From Myxococcota bacterium (GTDB lineage Bacteria > Myxococcota > Kuafuiibacteriia > Kuafuiibacteriales > Kuafuiibacteriaceae): a stretch of 64,000 bases of DNA. Made by a program: the position numbers and the translations under genes. Position 1 is the stretch's first letter. Each line of letters starts with the position of its first letter. Positions 48,515 to 58,553 of this stretch are shown here, piece after piece. The notes below the pieces were generated by a model that was given only the letters and a program-made list of their open reading frames with translations, did no database searches and was not told the origin of the DNA. The DNA lies in the NCBI GenBank assembly GCA_050331295.1, contig JBHJGZ010000003.1, positions 53,459 through 117,458 on the forward strand. Reading direction: 5' to 3'.

Positions 48515-50166
48515 CTCCGCGTGTGTAAGCTCCGCGAGTCGGCGTGTGGTTCATCGAAATGCCAGTCGGCCTGCACCCACGGCAGCTCAGACCGGCGCAA
48601 GCCCAGAGAGTGCTGCAGACTTCGAAGGATGATCTCCAGCATCTGGTCGCGGTCGATGAAGAGAGCATCATCCAGGTCCCTGCGGAGTGCATCGATGAGA
48701 GCAGCGCGCTCCGAAGGCTCGAGATGAAAACCGAGGGATTGAACCCAGGGATCCCGGCTGGGCCTCGACGAAGCGTCGAGATGAACCAAGACAGCGAGAG
48801 CTCCTGACCGTCCCATTCGTTCACGGGCACCCACGACCGACCAGTTCAAGGGCCCCGTTCCGCCGATCGGAATCGAGGGCACATCTTCCTTACCAGCTCG
48901 CGTGAGTCGGCCCTCCGTCCATTCGAAGATGGCCCCGTCTTCGGGGATCAGGATTCGTTCGGCGGGCATGCCCCAGCGGCGTGCGGTTTCCGCATGCGCT
49001 TCCATCATGACGCGGTCTCCATGAAACGGAACGAGGTACTGCGGACTCACCAGGTCCAGCAGCTCTCGATGTTCCTGCGCTTCTGCATGACCCGATGTGT
49101 GCAGCTCTGGTCGTTCCCGTGGACTTCGAACATGGATACCTCGGCCTACCAGCTGGTTCAGAATGGCGCGTACCGCCAGCTCGCGCCCCGGGATGGTCCG
49201 GCAGCTCAAGATCACGGTGTCGCCGGTCTCGATGAACACCGGTGATGAAGATCGACCGATCCGCGCCAAGGCTCCCTGAGGCTCGCCCTGGGTGCCGGTC
49301 GCAAGACACAACACCCGATCCGACGGCAAACGGTTGGCGACTTCTGAGGGAATGACTTCCAGGTCCCGAGGTAGAAAACCAAGCTTGCGTCCAGCTTCGA
49401 CGTTCTTGACCATGGACAGACCGAGAAGACACACCCGCCGCCCGGTCCGTCGTGCGATCTCGAAGAGCCCGGAAATCCGATGGACGTGTGACGCGAAGAG
49501 GGTCACGACAACCTTTCCCCGAGCCCGACGAATCTCATCCTCGAGTGCGTCGAGAACGGCTCGCTCCGAAATGGTGCGACCGCTCCGCTCGGCGTTGGTG
49601 GAGTCCGAAAGGAGGACATCGACGCCAGCTGCCCCGAGGGTCCGCAGCCTCTCCAAATCCGTGGTCTGGCCCACCGGATCTGAGTCCAGTTTGAAGTCTC
49701 CCGTATGCAGAAATCGAGCTTGGTCCGTCTTCAGGGAGACCATGCACGCGTCGGGGATCGAATGGGTCACGGAGAGCAGTTCGACCTCGAAGGGTCCCAA
49801 GCGAAAGGGCTTCCCTGGATCGACCGCCCGCAGGTCGGGCTGATGAAAACCGGCCTCGTTCAGGCGGGATCGCGTCAGCTCGAGTCCGAACGGTGCGCCG
49901 TAGACCGGAACACGGAGTGACCTCATCAGGTACGCGATCGCACCCAAATGGTCTTCGTGCCCATGCGTGAGCACGACTCCGTGCAGACGACGAGCGTTAC
50001 GGAAGAGTGGGCCGGGGTCGGGAACCACGCGGTTGATGCTCGGACGCGGGTCACCGAGATAGGCCCCGAAATCGAGAAGAACCGCTTCGTCCCCTTGCTG
50101 GTAGAGGGTCGCGTTCAGCCCCACTTCCCCCGCCCCGCCCATGAACAAAATCTGAGTCGGCTTCAT
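48511..50166 (-). CDS. rnj: Ribonuclease J
   Basis: GGAGEVGLN, THGHEDH, HSIPD, HTGDFK, SDSTN, TGTQGEP, HTSGH; ATGA overlap with the upstream gene. Confidence 0.93.
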   Translation of the reverse strand: MKPTQILFMGGAGEVGLNATLYQQGDEAVLLDFGAYLGDPRPSINRVVPDPGPLFRNARRLHGVVLTHGHEDHLGAIAYLMRSLRVPVYGAPFGLELTRSRLNEAGFHQPDLRAVDPGKPFRLGPFEVELLSVTHSIPDACMVSLKTDQARFLHTGDFKLDSDPVGQTTDLERLRTLGAAGVDVLLSDSTNAERSGRTISERAVLDALEDEIRRARGKVVVTLFASHVHRISGLFEIARRTGRRVCLLGLSMVKNVEAGRKLGFLPRDLEVIPSEVANRLPSDRVLCLATGTQGEPQGALARIGRSSSPVFIETGDTVILSCRTIPGRELAVRAILNQLVGRGIHVRSPRERPELHTSGHAEAQEHRELLDLVSPQYLVPFHGDRVMMEAHAETARRWGMPAERILIPEDGAIFEWTEGRLTRAGKEDVPSIPIGGTGPLNWSVVGARERMGRSGALAVLVHLDASSRPSRDPWVQSLGFHLEPSERAALIDALRRDLDDALFIDRDQMLEIILRSLQHSLGLRRSELPWVQADWHFDEPHADSRSLHTRS

Positions 50167-51137
50167 CTCTGCCGATTCATCCATTCGACGAACTTGGGCA
50201 CTCCATCCCGAATTGGAGTCCTCGGATGATACCCGAGTTCCGCTCGTGCTCGCTCGATGTCGGCAAACGTCCTGGGGACGTCACCGGGCTGTTCAGGCAG
50301 GCGCTCGACGACCGCTTGGCGACCCAAGGCATTCTCGATCACCTGGATGAGATCGGCCAAACTGGTCGTTTCGGAGCAGCCCAAGTTATATATTCGGTAG
50401 ATCGGTGGGCTCGCCTCGGCTGCTTTGTCGATGGCGGAAACAACCCCTTCGACGCAATCGTCGATGTACGTGTAGTCGCGGCTGGAACTTCCGTCTCCGT
50501 GAACCGGAATGGGTCGCCCGTCTCGGATCAAGCGCGCGAACTTATGGATGGCCATCTCGGGGCGCTGTCGGGGGCCGTATACCGTGAAGAAGCGCAGAGC
50601 GAGGAACGTGATGGCGTACAGATGATGCCACGTATAGCCGAGGAGCTCGCCGGCCTTCTTGGTGGCCGCGTATGGACTGACCGGATCGTCCACCGGGTCC
50701 GTCTCTCGAAAAGGGACCTCGGTGCGAGCGCCGTAGACCGAGGAACTCGAAGCGAAAACGAACGCCCGCACATCAAACCGCCGACAGAGGTCCATGAGTC
50801 GCATCGAGCCTTCGATATTGACGCTTTGATAGACGAAGGGCTTTTGAATCGAGGGCCGTACTCCAGCCCACGCAGCCAAGTGACACACAGCGTCCGGTCT
50901 GCGGGAAGGATCCCGAAAAATGCCCTCGATCTGGGCCTGATCGTACACGATGTCGGCTCTCACCATCTCGAACGGTCCCCCGACCGCCTCGATCTGGCGG
51001 ACGTTGTCTCGCTTGATGGCCGGGTCGTAGTACGGGTTGAAATTGTCGACACCGACGACCTGATCGCCACGACGAAGCAGCGCTTCTGTCACCCAAGACC
51101 CGATGAATCCGGCGGCACCGGTGACCAGTACACGCAT
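50163..51137 (-). CDS. NAD-dependent epimerase (UDP-glucuronate 4-epimerase-like)
   Basis: TGAAGFIG, HLAAWAGVRPS, ASSSSVYG, YAATKK, RFFTVYGP. Confidence 0.92.
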   Translation of the reverse strand: MRVLVTGAAGFIGSWVTEALLRRGDQVVGVDNFNPYYDPAIKRDNVRQIEAVGGPFEMVRADIVYDQAQIEGIFRDPSRRPDAVCHLAAWAGVRPSIQKPFVYQSVNIEGSMRLMDLCRRFDVRAFVFASSSSVYGARTEVPFRETDPVDDPVSPYAATKKAGELLGYTWHHLYAITFLALRFFTVYGPRQRPEMAIHKFARLIRDGRPIPVHGDGSSSRDYTYIDDCVEGVVSAIDKAAEASPPIYRIYNLGCSETTSLADLIQVIENALGRQAVVERLPEQPGDVPRTFADIERARAELGYHPRTPIRDGVPKFVEWMNRQR

Positions 51138-51232
51138 GCCGATGCCGTGCCCTCAACGCCCCTCAACGTCAACGCGAGACGCCTTACGGCCCGTTCCTTG
51201 ACACCCCCTCCGGACCGGGTGAGTTCTGCATC

Positions 51233-52135
51233 GTGGGCACGAGGTTCTGGCTTTGGGCCGCCGCCGCCTGCTTTCTTGCACCAGGATGGGCTCGCGCGGC
51301 CAGCCACGACATCAACCTCAACGGCACGTTCGAAGACGGAACGGGTATCCTGTTCTCCTGCACACCAGCGCCGTGTGAACCCGACAACGATGGCTTTCGA
51401 TCTCTGGCCACCGAGCTGGCCTATGTCGTGGCGCCACGAATCATCGCGCCCGCCAAAACCCTCGGACACGCCGGGTTCGATGTGGGTATCGCATGGGCAG
51501 GTTCGTTCGTTTCAGGCGATGACTTCTGGCTCCTTACGGAAGAAGGACAAGAAGATCGCCAGCCCACTGAGTTTCTCCAGACGCTGCAAGTCGAGTTTCG
51601 AAAGGGACTCCCCTTTTCCTTCGAGGTCGGGGCGAACGTTCAGTGGATCATCGACAGCGAGATGGTCGCGCCGGGGATCGACCTCCGATGGGCCTTCCAC
51701 GAGGGGTACGACTTCTTGCCCGACTTCGCCTTACGGGCGGCTGTCAACACCCTACTCGGTACACGCGATTTTGACCTCACCGTCGCGAGCTTCGACCTGA
51801 CGATTTCAGAGTCCTTCGTCGTCGGCGGACTCATCGAGCTCGCGCCCTACGTCAGTTGGGGGTTCTTGCTGATCCATGCGAGCACCGGCGTGGTGGACCC
51901 CACCCCCACAGAGTTCGTGCTCGAAGAGGGTGTCCTCCGCCCCGACGTGGAAAACGACATCGTCTTCGAGACCGTGAACGCGACCGACGACCTCAACGGT
52001 CGACTCACATTCGGTTTGCGCACCTTGTTTTCGATCGTTGAGCTCGCGGTCCAAGGAGAGCTTCAGATGTTCAGCCAAGGCGATGCGGTGGGGCCAGTAG
52101 CGACCATCGCCGCCCGCGTGGGGCTTCAGTATTGA
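51233..52135 (+). CDS. Putative outer-membrane beta-barrel protein
   Basis: Signal peptide; APAKTLGHAGFDVG; KGLPFSFEVG; amphipathic strands; terminal RVGLQY. Confidence 0.75.
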   Translation: MGTRFWLWAAAACFLAPGWARAASHDINLNGTFEDGTGILFSCTPAPCEPDNDGFRSLATELAYVVAPRIIAPAKTLGHAGFDVGIAWAGSFVSGDDFWLLTEEGQEDRQPTEFLQTLQVEFRKGLPFSFEVGANVQWIIDSEMVAPGIDLRWAFHEGYDFLPDFALRAAVNTLLGTRDFDLTVASFDLTISESFVVGGLIELAPYVSWGFLLIHASTGVVDPTPTEFVLEEGVLRPDVENDIVFETVNATDDLNGRLTFGLRTLFSIVELAVQGELQMFSQGDAVGPVATIAARVGLQY

Positions 52136-52172
52136 AGCCGAGGAGGCGCGCGAACTCGCCGAAATCGGGGGC

Positions 52173-52406
52173 TCAGGCGGATTTCTTTTCCTCGCGGTCT
52201 TCGTCCGGCTGCGGCTCCTCCGATTCTCCGGGCTCGACCTGAGCCTTGGCAGTCACGTCGATCTCGTCGTCGCCAGTCAGGCTCGTTTTGAAGTTGCGGA
52301 TGGACTTTCCCAGCGCTCCGCCCAGCTGTGGGAGTCGGCTCGCTCCGAAGACGAGGGCGAGGATGCCGATGACGATGATGCTTTCTTGAAGGCTTGGGCA
52401 GCCCAT
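52173..52406 (-). CDS. tatA: Twin-arginine translocase TatA/E
   Basis: TM, FG hinge, RLPQLGGALGKSIRNFK amphipathic helix, acidic tail. Confidence 0.9.
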   Translation of the reverse strand: MGCPSLQESIIVIGILALVFGASRLPQLGGALGKSIRNFKTSLTGDDEIDVTAKAQVEPGESEEPQPDEDREEKKSA

Positions 52407-52416
52407 GCGCCTGCCC

Positions 52417-53820
52417 TTAGCGCGACGACGGCGGTGCGTCCACGACGTCTTGAGGAATCACGTCGGGCGGTCCGTAGAGCACCTCAAACTCGAGCTCCTC
52501 CGGGGGAACCTCGAGAGCATGGACCACCGCCACGAATCGAGAACGCTGGGCAGCCGGGACGCTGGGCGCACCCTGCCCCGCGATGAAGCGAGCCGTGGAG
52601 GCCGGGCCGGCGGCGAGCACGTCGGTGGGGATCGCAAGGCCCAGGAACGTTTCGGCACGGGCCACGGGCGTGTCGGCCCGCTTGAACACGACGCGAACCC
52701 TGACCCCCTCCGGATGCGGCCTCGCTCGGGTCTCTGCTCGCCCAGACACGATCCAAAGGGATGGTTCGGAGGCCAAACCATAAGGGCGCACCTTGAGGTC
52801 CACCGTCTTTACGTCCTCCAGCCCGTGCGCCCGCCGGGCGAGGTCGAACCCTAAATCGGGTGTCCAAAAGATGGCGGCGCACAAGCCGAGGGCAAGGCCG
52901 AGCCACGGCGGCCATCGAAGAGATGCGACCGGCGGTGGAGGCGCGGGCTCCGGCAACGACGTCGGGTCTCGGGGTGTCGGGACGCGCTGCGGTCGGCCAG
53001 TGGTGCGGCCGGCACGTGCGAAGAAGGACGACCCTCGGGTCGGCGGAGGGAGTGAGAGGGGGACCGAACCCGAGCTGGGTCTCGGGGGAATCGGTCCTCC
53101 CGTCAGCGGGGCAAAGGGCGAGTCGGTCAACGCCGCCGGGGCAGGACGGGCTTGGGTTTCCGTGAAGGGGTCGGAATCGAAGGCCCCATCCGGTGCGTGA
53201 TGGAGGCTATCCCACCCGGCGTTCGGGAGTGCCTCGTCGGCCGCCGGATGGCCCAAGTCGTTCGTCAACGCAGGTGGAGGCGGGAATCGAACACCCGACT
53301 CCGAGTCGTCGGGCAGATCCTGCGAGAGGTCCTGGGAGAAGGGCAAAGGAGGAGAAGCCAGTGCGTTGGGAAGGGGCGGTGGGCTGGGCGGAAGAGGCGG
53401 CGGTCCACGGGTCGACCCCAAGATGGCGGAAGCGGGTGGAGAAGGATGCGACTCGAGGTCTCGGGTCAAGGCACGTGGTGGTCCCGACAACGTGAGATCC
53501 GCCGAAACGACCTTGGTGGCCTGCGACGCAGGGTCCGGCTGTCCAGGGGGCCGGGCGCCCGGTTCGGGGTCGTGGGCGGAAGGAGAAGAGGCACTCGCGC
53601 CATCGGAGCCCGACACTTCGGGGCGCCTCTGTTCCACGGGGTTGGGCCGGGCCGAAGCCGAGGGCGGCTGCGCAAAGCCTTCGGGCAGCGTGGGGTCCGG
53701 GTCCTTCCGGACAATGAACAGGTGGGCGCACCGACTGCATCGCACCTTGACCCCCGCTTTCGCGACCTTGGACTCGGCGACGCGGAACTTCGTCTCGCAC
53801 TTGGGGCATTGGATGATCAC
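52417..53820 (-). CDS. Zinc-ribbon (MJ0042-type) membrane protein with Pro-rich linker and periplasmic domain
   Basis: CPKC..KVRCSRC; long Pro-rich region; one TM; DUF3426-like C-terminus. Confidence 0.82.
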   Translation of the reverse strand: MIIQCPKCETKFRVAESKVAKAGVKVRCSRCAHLFIVRKDPDPTLPEGFAQPPSASARPNPVEQRRPEVSGSDGASASSPSAHDPEPGARPPGQPDPASQATKVVSADLTLSGPPRALTRDLESHPSPPASAILGSTRGPPPLPPSPPPLPNALASPPLPFSQDLSQDLPDDSESGVRFPPPPALTNDLGHPAADEALPNAGWDSLHHAPDGAFDSDPFTETQARPAPAALTDSPFAPLTGGPIPPRPSSGSVPLSLPPPTRGSSFFARAGRTTGRPQRVPTPRDPTSLPEPAPPPPVASLRWPPWLGLALGLCAAIFWTPDLGFDLARRAHGLEDVKTVDLKVRPYGLASEPSLWIVSGRAETRARPHPEGVRVRVVFKRADTPVARAETFLGLAIPTDVLAAGPASTARFIAGQGAPSVPAAQRSRFVAVVHALEVPPEELEFEVLYGPPDVIPQDVVDAPPSSR

Positions 53821-53931
53821 CGGGGCGCCGAGAGCTTAGGTGGGGTCCAGGGTGCCCGCAAGATTGTGAATCCCGGTGTCGGAGCAGACCTTGCCCCTCC
53901 GTGAGAAACCAGGTTGTGTCGACCGCCACCT

Positions 53932-54774
53932 ATGAGCACCCAGCCCGCAGCCAAAGACGACGCGCAGACACCTAAAGGTCCAAAGATCGTCAAGCGGTAC
54001 TCGAACCGCAAGCTCTATGACACCGACCGAAGTCGCTACGTGACGCTCGACGAGATCGCAAAGATGATCAAGGTGGGCGAAGAAGTGACCATCATCGATA
54101 ACGAGAGCAAAGAAGATCTCACATCGGTGACGCTGACCCAGATTATCTACGAAGAAGAAAAGCGCGAAAGCCGAATGCCGTTGGCGATGCTGCGGAACCT
54201 GATTCAAACCGGCGGGACGACGCTGCAGGATTTTTTCGACAAGCAGGTGAAGGCCCCGGTCGGACAGATGCGCGACTCGGCGCAAAAAAGCGTCGATGAA
54301 CTTCGGCAAAGCGCCGAGCAAATCCGGGAGGCGGCAACGCGTGGCGTCAGTGAGTTGACCGACTCAGCGCGTCGTTTGTTCAGCCGCGAGGAACGGCGAG
54401 CCGAGGAGTTTCGTGGCGCGTTCATTCACCTGTTCGACGCCCTCGAGGACCAGATCGAGAGCCGGATTCAGGACGTCAAGGACGCATATTCGGCTTTCGA
54501 GGCCCATGCCGCAGACCCGAACACCGACAATGCTTCACCCAAGCAAGCCAAGGACAGCATCAAGACGGAAGCCCACATCGCCGCCATCCGGGAACGCCTC
54601 GAAGGTTTGACGGAGCTCGTTGGTCGATTCGAGGCGACACTGCGCGAGCACGAAGCCAAGGCGGTCGCAGCCATGGAGCGAAGCCAGGAAGCGCATGCAG
54701 CGAACGCCGCCGAACAAGAAAATGCGGCGCAGCCATCGGAGGACCGAGAGGCCGGCACCGAAACCCAAACCTGA
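53932..54774 (+). CDS. PhaR-like (PHA regulator DNA-binding domain) protein with coiled-coil tail
   Basis: IVKRYSNRKLYDT..SRYVTL..EDLT..TLTQIIYEEE. Confidence 0.88.
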   Translation: MSTQPAAKDDAQTPKGPKIVKRYSNRKLYDTDRSRYVTLDEIAKMIKVGEEVTIIDNESKEDLTSVTLTQIIYEEEKRESRMPLAMLRNLIQTGGTTLQDFFDKQVKAPVGQMRDSAQKSVDELRQSAEQIREAATRGVSELTDSARRLFSREERRAEEFRGAFIHLFDALEDQIESRIQDVKDAYSAFEAHAADPNTDNASPKQAKDSIKTEAHIAAIRERLEGLTELVGRFEATLREHEAKAVAAMERSQEAHAANAAEQENAAQPSEDREAGTETQT

Positions 54775-54799
54775 GGGGCCACTGACGGGCCGCGCCCAT

Positions 54800-55417
54800 T
54801 CAGGCCGTCATGTTGTTCGCCATTCCTGGCGCCGCCAGCCCCCGAAGAAGAAGATCGAGCCCGGTGGCGAGGAACTCGGACACCTCCAAGGGATACTCCA
54901 GGGCGTAAAGGCCTTCGAGTCCATCCAAGAGAGCCTTCAGCATTGCAGCAACCACTCGGGCGTTCACGTCTCGCAGAACCCCTTCTTCAATACCTTGCTC
55001 CAAAAGACGCGCTATCGTGTCGATGAACGTAGTTTGCATTTCCAACAAACGCGCCGCGACCTTTTCATCTCGTAGCGACATTTCACCCATCACAATGAAG
55101 AATCGCGGGGCATCGGGTGCTGTACTGAAGTAGTCCAGATAGTGGTGACCGATACGTTGCATTTTGGCCCCGATGGACTCGTCCCCACCGAGAACCTCCT
55201 GCAGAAACTTCATCGAACGCCCGTATTCCTCTTCAACCAGGCACTCGAACACTTCCTGTTTGGACTTGAAGTGGAAGTACACGCCCCCCTTGGAGAGCTC
55301 CGCCGAGCGCGCGATATCATCCATCCGAGTCGGATGATATCCATTATCGATGAAGCACCGCCGGGCGGCTGCAAGGATCTGCTCCCGGCGAGCTTGCTCC
55401 GGCAGGTGTCGGGTCAT
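54800..55417 (-). CDS. TetR/AcrR-family regulator
   Basis: RREQILAAA..TRMDDIA..LSKGGVYFHFKSK. Alternative start 55462. Confidence 0.93.
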   Translation of the reverse strand: MTRHLPEQARREQILAAARRCFIDNGYHPTRMDDIARSAELSKGGVYFHFKSKQEVFECLVEEEYGRSMKFLQEVLGGDESIGAKMQRIGHHYLDYFSTAPDAPRFFIVMGEMSLRDEKVAARLLEMQTTFIDTIARLLEQGIEEGVLRDVNARVVAAMLKALLDGLEGLYALEYPLEVSEFLATGLDLLLRGLAAPGMANNMTA

Positions 55418-55464
55418 CTCGGGATGACTTTTCCGTAGATCACGCCCGGGGTAAAGTCGCATGA

Positions 55465-56649
55465 CTACACGTCGCCCTCATCCCCTCCCGTCAGCTCCGA
55501 ACTCGTCGAGGCTTCGGGTCGCTTCCCGAGAAACCTCGCAAGGATGATCCCGATCTCATAGAAGATGATAAGCGGTCCGGCCATCATCAACTGACTGAGG
55601 GGATCCGCGGGCGTGAGGAATGCTCCCGCCACGAAGGCGATCACAATCGCGTATCGCCGTCCCTTGCGGAGGGACGCTGCGCTGACGACACCGATCATGG
55701 CCAACAGGGCCAAGGCCAACGGGAGCTCGAACACGATACCAAACGCGACGGTGAGCCGGAGCATCAAGCTCAAGTAGTTGTCGACCGTGAAAGATGCCGA
55801 CAAAGTGTCTGGCAACATCTGGTTCACGAGAAAATCAAACATGAGCGGGAACATCAGATAATAAGCAAATAGGCCCCCGCTGATAAAGAGAATCGATCCA
55901 CTCATGACGACCGGCAAGACGACCGTCTTTTCGCTCGCATATAGACCGGGCGCGACGAAAGCCCAGGATTGGTAAAGCCAAAAGGGCGATGCGGCAAACA
56001 ATCCGCAGATCAGCGCGATCTTGAGATACGCGAAGAAGATATCGAGAGGGCTCAGCACGACCAGCTTGTCGGGATTCGCGTTCTTGCCTGCGGCCGCAGC
56101 TGCACGACGGGTAATGCGTTTGATCACTGCGGGACGGAGTGGTTCGAGCAAGACCACCGCTCCGTCCAGCATCAGTTGCTGGACCTCGGGGGCATCTTTG
56201 TCGTCGACGAGATACGCAACGAACGGCGTCGGTTCGACCCCCTCCAAGACGTCGGACACGTAGGCGCCATCTGCGTCGATGGTCTCCGATGACACCAAGA
56301 CCAAGTCGACGGGCCGTCGAGACGAAGCAGCGGCGCGAATCCGTTGGGAAAGAGCCCCCAAATCGGAAAGGCTGTCTCTCAAACGGAGTCGCTCTTCGTT
56401 GCGAATCGACGCTTCCAGTTGGACCAGTTGATCAGGATCGGAATGGACGACGATCGTTTCTACGCGTGCGTTGTCCTTCAGAACGTTCCGAAGCGGTTCG
56501 ATCGCGGCATCGAAGATGGGCGCAGCGAAGACAGCGCATACACTGGTGGTCAACGTAACGGCGAGTAGGGCGAAGAGCAGTCGACCCCGAAGTTCCGTCA
56601 GATGTTCAGTCAGCGTACGCGGGGTGTCGTCGATGTCTTTGACGACCAT
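55465..56649 (-). CDS. tatC: Twin-arginine translocase TatC with inserted receiver-like domain
   Basis: LTEHLTELRGRL, YQSWAFVAPGLY..EK, FGIVFELP, AFLTPADP, YEIGI; 394 aa because of an insert of about 130 aa after TM1. Confidence 0.93.
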   Translation of the reverse strand: MVVKDIDDTPRTLTEHLTELRGRLLFALLAVTLTTSVCAVFAAPIFDAAIEPLRNVLKDNARVETIVVHSDPDQLVQLEASIRNEERLRLRDSLSDLGALSQRIRAAASSRRPVDLVLVSSETIDADGAYVSDVLEGVEPTPFVAYLVDDKDAPEVQQLMLDGAVVLLEPLRPAVIKRITRRAAAAAGKNANPDKLVVLSPLDIFFAYLKIALICGLFAASPFWLYQSWAFVAPGLYASEKTVVLPVVMSGSILFISGGLFAYYLMFPLMFDFLVNQMLPDTLSASFTVDNYLSLMLRLTVAFGIVFELPLALALLAMIGVVSAASLRKGRRYAIVIAFVAGAFLTPADPLSQLMMAGPLIIFYEIGIILARFLGKRPEASTSSELTGGDEGDV

Positions 56650-56661
56650 TGTGGCGGTTGC

Positions 56662-57099
56662 TTACGCCGAGCGGGGCTCGGGCGCATCCGCTTTGACGGG
56701 CTCTGCCGTGACTTCAGGCTCTACCGACACCCGGGTCGTGGCGCCGGCCGCGTCGGCGGGTTGGGCCTCGTCCTTGGTGGCCGCCGAGTCGTCCGCCCCG
56801 GCGGCCGCGACCGAGGCGTCGGCCGGGGAAGCTTCCTTCGACATTTTGCTCTCTTGGGTCGAGGTGCTCGCGGCGGGTTGAGCCTGGACCGCTTCTTTGG
56901 GTTGAGCGAGCCGTGGCTTTTTGGTGTCGGTTTGGTTCATCTCTTCTTCGATCGTCGACTTGAAATCCTCCGTGGCCTTCCGGAACTCCCGAATGCCTTT
57001 GCCGAGGCTGCGAGCCATCTCTGGCAGTTTGGTGGGACCCAAGATCAGCAGTGCGACGCCGAGGACGATGGCGATTTCCCAGAAGCTGAGACCGAACAT
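56662..57099 (-). CDS. tatB: Twin-arginine translocase TatB
   Basis: MFGLSFWEI..LILGPTKLP; long tail; directly upstream of tatC. Confidence 0.88.
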   Translation of the reverse strand: MFGLSFWEIAIVLGVALLILGPTKLPEMARSLGKGIREFRKATEDFKSTIEEEMNQTDTKKPRLAQPKEAVQAQPAASTSTQESKMSKEASPADASVAAAGADDSAATKDEAQPADAAGATTRVSVEPEVTAEPVKADAPEPRSA

Positions 57100-57188
57100 C
57101 GGCTCGGACCTTCGATCGCTCCGCCGAGAAAGTCGAGCGTAGACATCGCAAAGCTTGACGGCCGGAATCGCTTGGGCTCCTTCGGGGC

Positions 57189-58553
57189 ATGTCGGCGCTT
57201 CGGACCGACCTCTATCAGCTGACGATGGCCGCCGGATACGTGCGGCAAGGACTTCACCGAAAGCGCGTGAGTTTCGAACTCTTCGTCCGGAGCCTCCCTG
57301 AATCCCGACGGTTTCTCATTTTCTCGGGACTGCATCGCATCGTCCAATTCCTTTTGGAGCTGAGATTCACCGACGAGGACATCGATTTCCTCCGGGAAGT
57401 ACCGGCCATCAAGCCGGCGTGGAGCCCGTCCTTCGAACGGCACCTTCGCACCTTCCGCTTCCGAGGAGACGTGACCGCGATGGCGGAAGGTACCCCGTTT
57501 TTCCCCGGTGAGCCGGTGCTTCGGGTCACCGGTGGCCTCCTGGAAGCGCAATTGGTGGAGACCTTTCTCCTTTCCGTGGTCAACAGCGAGAGCCTGGTCG
57601 CGTCCAAGGCGGCCCGCATCCGAGCCGCCTCCGGCGACAGCAAGATCCTGGAGTTCGGGAGTCGTCGCACTTCCCCCGACGAGGCCGTCTTCAGTGCCCG
57701 CGCGGCATTCATCGGGGGATTCGATGCGACGTCCAATCTGGAGGCCGGCCGTCGGTTCGGGATTCCGGTGGAGGGAACGGCCGCCCACTCCTGGGTGATG
57801 GCCCACCGCTCCGAGCGCGCAGCCTTCAAAGCCTTCTTCGAGGCATACGGCGAAAAGGCCATCCTGTTGGTGGACACCTACGACACCCTCGGCGGCGTGA
57901 AGACCGCACTCGAAGTGGCCGGCCCTCGACTCGGGGGCGTGCGCCTGGACTCCGGCGATATCGAGTCGTTGTCCCGAGCCGCACGAGCCGCTCTGGATGC
58001 CGCCGGAGCCCATCAAGCCATCATCGTCGCATCCGGCGATCTCAACGAACACGCCATCAGAGACCTGCGCGCTCGAGGAGCGCCCATCGACGCCTGGGGC
58101 GTAGGCACCGAGTTGGTCCGTTCGGCCGATGCTCCGCACCTGTCGGGTGTCTACAAGTTGGTCTTCGACCACGACGAAGACCGACCGGTCCTCAAGCTGT
58201 CATCCGACAAGCACACCAATCCAGGTGCACACCAAGTGCTTCGATTCGAATCCGACGGATTCGCGGTCCGGGATGAAGTCGTCCTCCAGGGCGAGTCCAG
58301 CTCGGGGGTCGGACGACCCCTTTTGAAACCTGTCCTGCAACAGGGTGAACTCATCGAAGCGCTACCCGACACCCACGAAGTCCGCGCCTGGGCTCGCACT
58401 CAGATGGAGCTGCTCCCCGATTCGGTCCGCTCTCTCGAGCCAGGCCCGAGCGGCTACGAAGTCGTGATCAGCCCGCAGACCCGAGCGCTGCGCGACCTGG
58501 CCGAGGAGGCGCTGAGGCGCTCCGAGGTTTCGTTGAAGGGGAGCGCCTCTTGA
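57189..58553 (+). CDS. pncB: Nicotinate phosphoribosyltransferase
   Basis: TDLYQLTM, EFGSRR, ATSN, GTAAHS, LVDTYD, RLDSGD, GVGT. Confidence 0.95.
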   Translation: MSALRTDLYQLTMAAGYVRQGLHRKRVSFELFVRSLPESRRFLIFSGLHRIVQFLLELRFTDEDIDFLREVPAIKPAWSPSFERHLRTFRFRGDVTAMAEGTPFFPGEPVLRVTGGLLEAQLVETFLLSVVNSESLVASKAARIRAASGDSKILEFGSRRTSPDEAVFSARAAFIGGFDATSNLEAGRRFGIPVEGTAAHSWVMAHRSERAAFKAFFEAYGEKAILLVDTYDTLGGVKTALEVAGPRLGGVRLDSGDIESLSRAARAALDAAGAHQAIIVASGDLNEHAIRDLRARGAPIDAWGVGTELVRSADAPHLSGVYKLVFDHDEDRPVLKLSSDKHTNPGAHQVLRFESDGFAVRDEVVLQGESSSGVGRPLLKPVLQQGELIEALPDTHEVRAWARTQMELLPDSVRSLEPGPSGYEVVISPQTRALRDLAEEALRRSEVSLKGSAS

